From assembly GCA_963808975.1 (NCBI GenBank), contig CAWEHR010000012.1, forward strand, positions 23,139-87,138: a DNA stretch of 64,000 nucleotides. The letters run 5' to 3'. Positions 60,342 to 64,000 of the stretch are shown here, in pieces (position 1 is the stretch's first letter; every line of letters begins with the position of its first letter). The notes below the pieces were generated by a model that was given only the letters and a program-made list of their open reading frames with translations, did not search any database and was not told the origin of the DNA. The DNA is from an uncultured Gammaproteobacteria bacterium (lineage in GTDB: Bacteria; Pseudomonadota; Gammaproteobacteria; Pseudomonadales; JAHEGP01). The translations under genes were made by a program, and so were the position numbers.

Positions 60342-62258
60342 ATGCCACTTCGGCTCGTATTCACCATTATTGCAACCTTGCTGTGCCTGGGTATGACCGC
60401 AGCGCGCGCAGCAGACAGTGACGCCCTGCTGCGTTTGTCGTTCGATGAGGGTAGCGGCACAACCGCCAGCGACAGCAGCGGGGCGGGTAACAATGGCAAG
60501 CTGGTCGGCGGGCCGGTTTTTCGCTCGCAAACGGCTGACGGCAGCGCCCATGCCCTGAACTTTGACGGCACGGACGACTACGTAGACCTGGGTTCCTTCG
60601 ACGTGGCGGGGTCGGGCCTGACCATGGCGGCCTGGTTCAAGGCAGACAGTTTTCCCGGCCAATACCAGGACCCGCGCATTATCTCCAAGGCCTCGGGTAC
60701 GGCGGCCAACGATCATGTTTTCATGCTTGGCACGATCAAGTCAGGCAGCGACACGGTGCTGCGCGCCCGGGTACGCGTCAACGGTGCTACCACCACCCTG
60801 GTCGCAAGCAGCGGCAAGCTGAAAACCGGTGTATGGCAGCACGCTGCGGCGACCTACGACGGCAGTACCCTGCGCCTGTACCTGAATGGCGTTGAAGTCG
60901 GCCGGCAGCGGTTGTCCGGCAAGATCGATGTCGACCCGAACCTGAAGGTGGCCGTGGGTAGCCAGCCCGGGGGCCGCACCCGGTTCTTCGACGGTATGCT
61001 GGATGATGTGCAGGTATTGAAGCGGGCAAAAAGCCCCGCCGAGATTTTGGCCATGACCGTTCCGCCCGCTCCGGAGGCGGTTGCTTTCGCGCCAATGTCA
61101 GATAGCGTTATGCACCTGGCATTTGATGAGGGTAGCGGCGCAAGCGCCAGCGACAGCAGCGGGGCGGGTAACAATGGCAAGCTGGTCGGCGGGCCGGTTT
61201 TCCGCTCGCAAACGGCTGACGGCAGCGCCTATGCCCTGAGCTTTGACGGCACGGACGACTACGTAGACCTGGGTTCCTTCGACGTGGCGGGTTCGGGCCT
61301 GACCATGGCGGCCTGGTTCAAGGCAGACAGTTTTCCAGGCAAATACCAGGATCCGCGCATTATCTCCAAGGCCGCGGGTACGGCGGCCAACGATCATGTT
61401 TTCATGCTCGGCACGATCAAGTCAGGCAGCGACACCGTGCTGCGCGCCCGGGTACGCGTCAACGGTGCTACCACCACCCTGGTTGCAAGCAGCGGCAAGT
61501 TGAGAACCGGTGTATGGCAGCACGCTGCGGCGACCTACGACGGCAGTAGCCTGCGCCTGTACCTGAATGGCGTTGAAGTCGGCAGGCAGCGGTTGTCGGG
61601 CAAGATTGATGTCGACCCGAACCTGAAGGTGGCCGTGGGTAGCCAGCCCGGGGGCCGCACCCGGTTCTTCGACGGTATGCTGGATGATGTGCAGGTATTG
61701 AAGCGGGCAATCAGCCCGTCTGAACTGCAAGCGCTGAGCACCATCAACAATAAACAGGAATTGGTCGCGGATACGTCAGTGAATAGCCAGACGGCAGTGC
61801 CGGCTCCTGCGCCGGCTACTACCCAGCCTGTTGATACTAATGAGTCGGTAAGCGTCACTGAGCCGGTAGTCGCCAAAGAGACAACAACAACGACTGAGCA
61901 AAAGGCGACTGAGACAGGAACAGCCACCGAGACCGCACCTGTTACTGAAACAGTAACCGTTACTGCACCGGCACAGGTGACAGCCCCGGCGTTAAAGAGC
62001 GTCAAGCTCAGATGGCAGTTGCCCCTTGACCGTGCAGACGGCAGCTTTCTGGCGCTGAGCGAAATCAGCGGATTCGAAATCTATTATTCAGGCGAGAATA
62101 GCGCAAAGTCTGAGGCAATTCGTATCGATGGCAACCAGACTGACAACTATGTGATTCAAGACCTGCCAGCGGATGTTTATCACATATCCATGGTTACGAT
62201 TGACAACAAGGATGTTCCCAGCGAGCTGTCAGAGATTGTCAGCGTTGATCTCAGGTAA
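60342..62258 (+). CDS. Secreted protein: two LamG-like domains, Thr/Glu-rich linker, FN3-like C-terminus
   Basis: Signal peptide; WQHAAATYDG..LRLYLNG...FDGMLDDV twice; LRWQLP...EISGFEIYY. Confidence 0.88.
   Translation: MPLRLVFTIIATLLCLGMTAARAADSDALLRLSFDEGSGTTASDSSGAGNNGKLVGGPVFRSQTADGSAHALNFDGTDDYVDLGSFDVAGSGLTMAAWFKADSFPGQYQDPRIISKASGTAANDHVFMLGTIKSGSDTVLRARVRVNGATTTLVASSGKLKTGVWQHAAATYDGSTLRLYLNGVEVGRQRLSGKIDVDPNLKVAVGSQPGGRTRFFDGMLDDVQVLKRAKSPAEILAMTVPPAPEAVAFAPMSDSVMHLAFDEGSGASASDSSGAGNNGKLVGGPVFRSQTADGSAYALSFDGTDDYVDLGSFDVAGSGLTMAAWFKADSFPGKYQDPRIISKAAGTAANDHVFMLGTIKSGSDTVLRARVRVNGATTTLVASSGKLRTGVWQHAAATYDGSSLRLYLNGVEVGRQRLSGKIDVDPNLKVAVGSQPGGRTRFFDGMLDDVQVLKRAISPSELQALSTINNKQELVADTSVNSQTAVPAPAPATTQPVDTNESVSVTEPVVAKETTTTTEQKATETGTATETAPVTETVTVTAPAQVTAPALKSVKLRWQLPLDRADGSFLALSEISGFEIYYSGENSAKSEAIRIDGNQTDNYVIQDLPADVYHISMVTIDNKDVPSELSEIVSVDLR
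60444..61710 (+). repeat. Near-identical ~586-bp intragenic direct repeat (60444-61029 and 61125-61710)
   Basis: Offset 681 bp (227 codons); only scattered substitutions. Confidence 0.93.
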
Positions 62259-62638
62259 GCTGATGGGAATCCTGGCCCTGTAGCGAGCCGATTTCCAGCA
62301 AAAATAAGGGTGCTTTGCGGCTTTACGAAGCCAGCGCTCACAGCATCGTAGCATCGAGCCGCCTGGTGCCTCTGCACCGGCGGCAGGTACGAACGAATAG
62401 GGCGTCGATTTGGTGGCATATGGCCGCTAGCGCCGCCATATATCACCGATTCGGCGGTCTGTATCAATCGATACCTTCTACTGCAAACTCAAAAGCCTAT
62501 TTGGTTTCTCGCCGGATCTTGCACCCTGTGCGAAATTTTGCTTCCGCGGCCATAGCTGCGGCTATGCCCTTGGTCGTAAAATCCCGCCCAGTGCACAATC
62601 TCTCACCGAGAATTCCAAATATCGGTGACATATGGCGG

Positions 62639-63751
62639 CTAGAAAGCGTAGCCGATGTTGCCGATCACACGCCAGTCCGGTTCGCTCTGAACACCATTCA
62701 GGTTATTGCTTATCGGCACGCCAAAAGACAATGCAGCAGCCCAACCCTGTGCTGCCGCGTAGCGTACGCCCGGCGCCATGAATAGCACATGCCCCCCCGT
62801 ATTGTCGTCCCGCTCGCCATCGATATCGACTTTCTCGCGCCATTCGCCATTCAATTCAAGGATCAAATCCCATTCGCCGTGGGGACCATGGTTATGCTGC
62901 TTGTGTGAGCCGCCAAAGGCCAAGCGGTGAGCCAGTGCGAGACTGTAGAAGACCGCGTCGCCAATGACCGTATCCTGGGTACCTTCCGTCGATAGCTGGT
63001 AAAGCAGGCTGGCCCCAAGCGAGGTACTGTTCCAGGGCATGGATGCGCCGATTCCCAGCAGGGGATCCCACGACCCGGAACCCGGTTGATGGTCGGCCTC
63101 AAAGCGATCGCCCTCTTGTGTTTTCTCATTGGTGGCACCGGTTGGCATCTTCACACCGCCCAGCACGCTTAGCTGCAGGCCGGTCTGCGCATCGTTGACG
63201 AAGCGGTAAAGGCCGTAAACAGAGGCATCCCCGATACCGGCTGAATCCCCAAGCTCGACTACACTGGCGTCCTCCTCGTCTTCGTGATGAACCTCGTCGT
63301 CCTCGTGATGAACCGCTTCGTCCTCGTGATGAACCGCTTCGTCATCGTGATGACCGCCAGACTCACGAATATTGCGGCGACTGACGTAAGGCAGGTTCCC
63401 GATCAGCATAAAATCGTTGCTGACCCCGTAGGCCACGCTGAGTGACGGGCTGGACATCGAGTCAGTACTGTGTAGTGCCTCGCCTGCAGCCGCCGCTTGG
63501 GAAAGCCTGTTGTCGGACAGGGCATCTAACTTCAGGTACTCGTAGCGCAGCCCAACTGTCCATTGTCCCTTGGGCAGGGTTTCAGCCGGCAGTGTATTGA
63601 TCGGCCCCGCCATGCCAGAGCCCACGCTCATCGTCGGGTGATCAGGCCAGGCATGACCTGCCAGCAAAATCAGCAGCAGGAATTGGGTAGTCGCACGCAA
63701 TCGCTGTGCCCTGCGGGTGGGCGAAATTACTGCAAGGGGGAAAGTAGGCAC
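62639..63751 (-). CDS. Outer-membrane beta-barrel 'transporter' (MetA-pathway-of-phenol-degradation-like) with His/acidic loop
   Basis: GIGDA, VKMPTG, QPGSGSWD; C-terminal GYAF; HHDDEAVHHEDEAVHHEDDEVHHEDEED insert. Confidence 0.8.
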   Translation of the reverse strand: MPTFPLAVISPTRRAQRLRATTQFLLLILLAGHAWPDHPTMSVGSGMAGPINTLPAETLPKGQWTVGLRYEYLKLDALSDNRLSQAAAAGEALHSTDSMSSPSLSVAYGVSNDFMLIGNLPYVSRRNIRESGGHHDDEAVHHEDEAVHHEDDEVHHEDEEDASVVELGDSAGIGDASVYGLYRFVNDAQTGLQLSVLGGVKMPTGATNEKTQEGDRFEADHQPGSGSWDPLLGIGASMPWNSTSLGASLLYQLSTEGTQDTVIGDAVFYSLALAHRLAFGGSHKQHNHGPHGEWDLILELNGEWREKVDIDGERDDNTGGHVLFMAPGVRYAAAQGWAAALSFGVPISNNLNGVQSEPDWRVIGNIGYAF

Positions 63752-64000
63752 GGGCGGACTCCAGGGGATCTATTATTAGTAGTCAGTCAGCAGCAAGATA
63801 ACCAATACATGTCACCTCGGCTATGCGACAAATTGTCGCTACTGGAATTCTGCAGCAGGAGAATAGCAGTCGCCCTGATGCCGGACTCCTACCGTGTGAT
63901 AGCGGATGTGCGCCCCGGGTGTGTGGATGCGGGAAACAGCGCATGACCGCGCTGGCATCCAATGGGTGAATTTGCAGTAGCAGCTTCTTGTAGAGCGAGC

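Overview
GC-rich gammaproteobacterial chromosome segment; the gene order and protein types suggest a Cellvibrionales/Halieaceae-like organism (inference). The core backbone runs rpsT, dgkA, dinG, glpK, argF/argD, grxD, bfr/bfd, rnt, pyrC, argG, regAB, cysC-sat, greB, alaS-lysC-csrA-tRNA-Ser(GCT). Three accessory zones interrupt it. (i) 1-6.5 kb: a secreted multicopper oxidase and an upstream protein that share a TSP3 plus dockerin-like C-terminal module, followed by a SCO-cytochrome c fusion and a VPLPA/PEP-CTERM-like protein. (ii) 25.6-28.7 kb: mobile-element debris (IS21, IS66, a sulfatase fragment, and a 5'-truncated group IIC intron ending in a 19-nt poly(A)). (iii) Downstream of tRNA-Ser: a MITE, pseudogenes, a Na+-translocating acyl-CoA decarboxylase operon, a duplicated LamG protein and a His-rich outer-membrane protein. 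The most unusual feature is a 177-bp tandem array (4 full units plus 1 partial) between csrA and tRNA-Ser, probably in the tRNA's transcribed leader. Each unit holds the first 33 nt of tRNA-Ser split at the D-loop by a 74-nt insert of GNA-triloop mini-hairpins, followed by a GGA-containing hairpin. All calls come from reading the sequence; no database searches were run.
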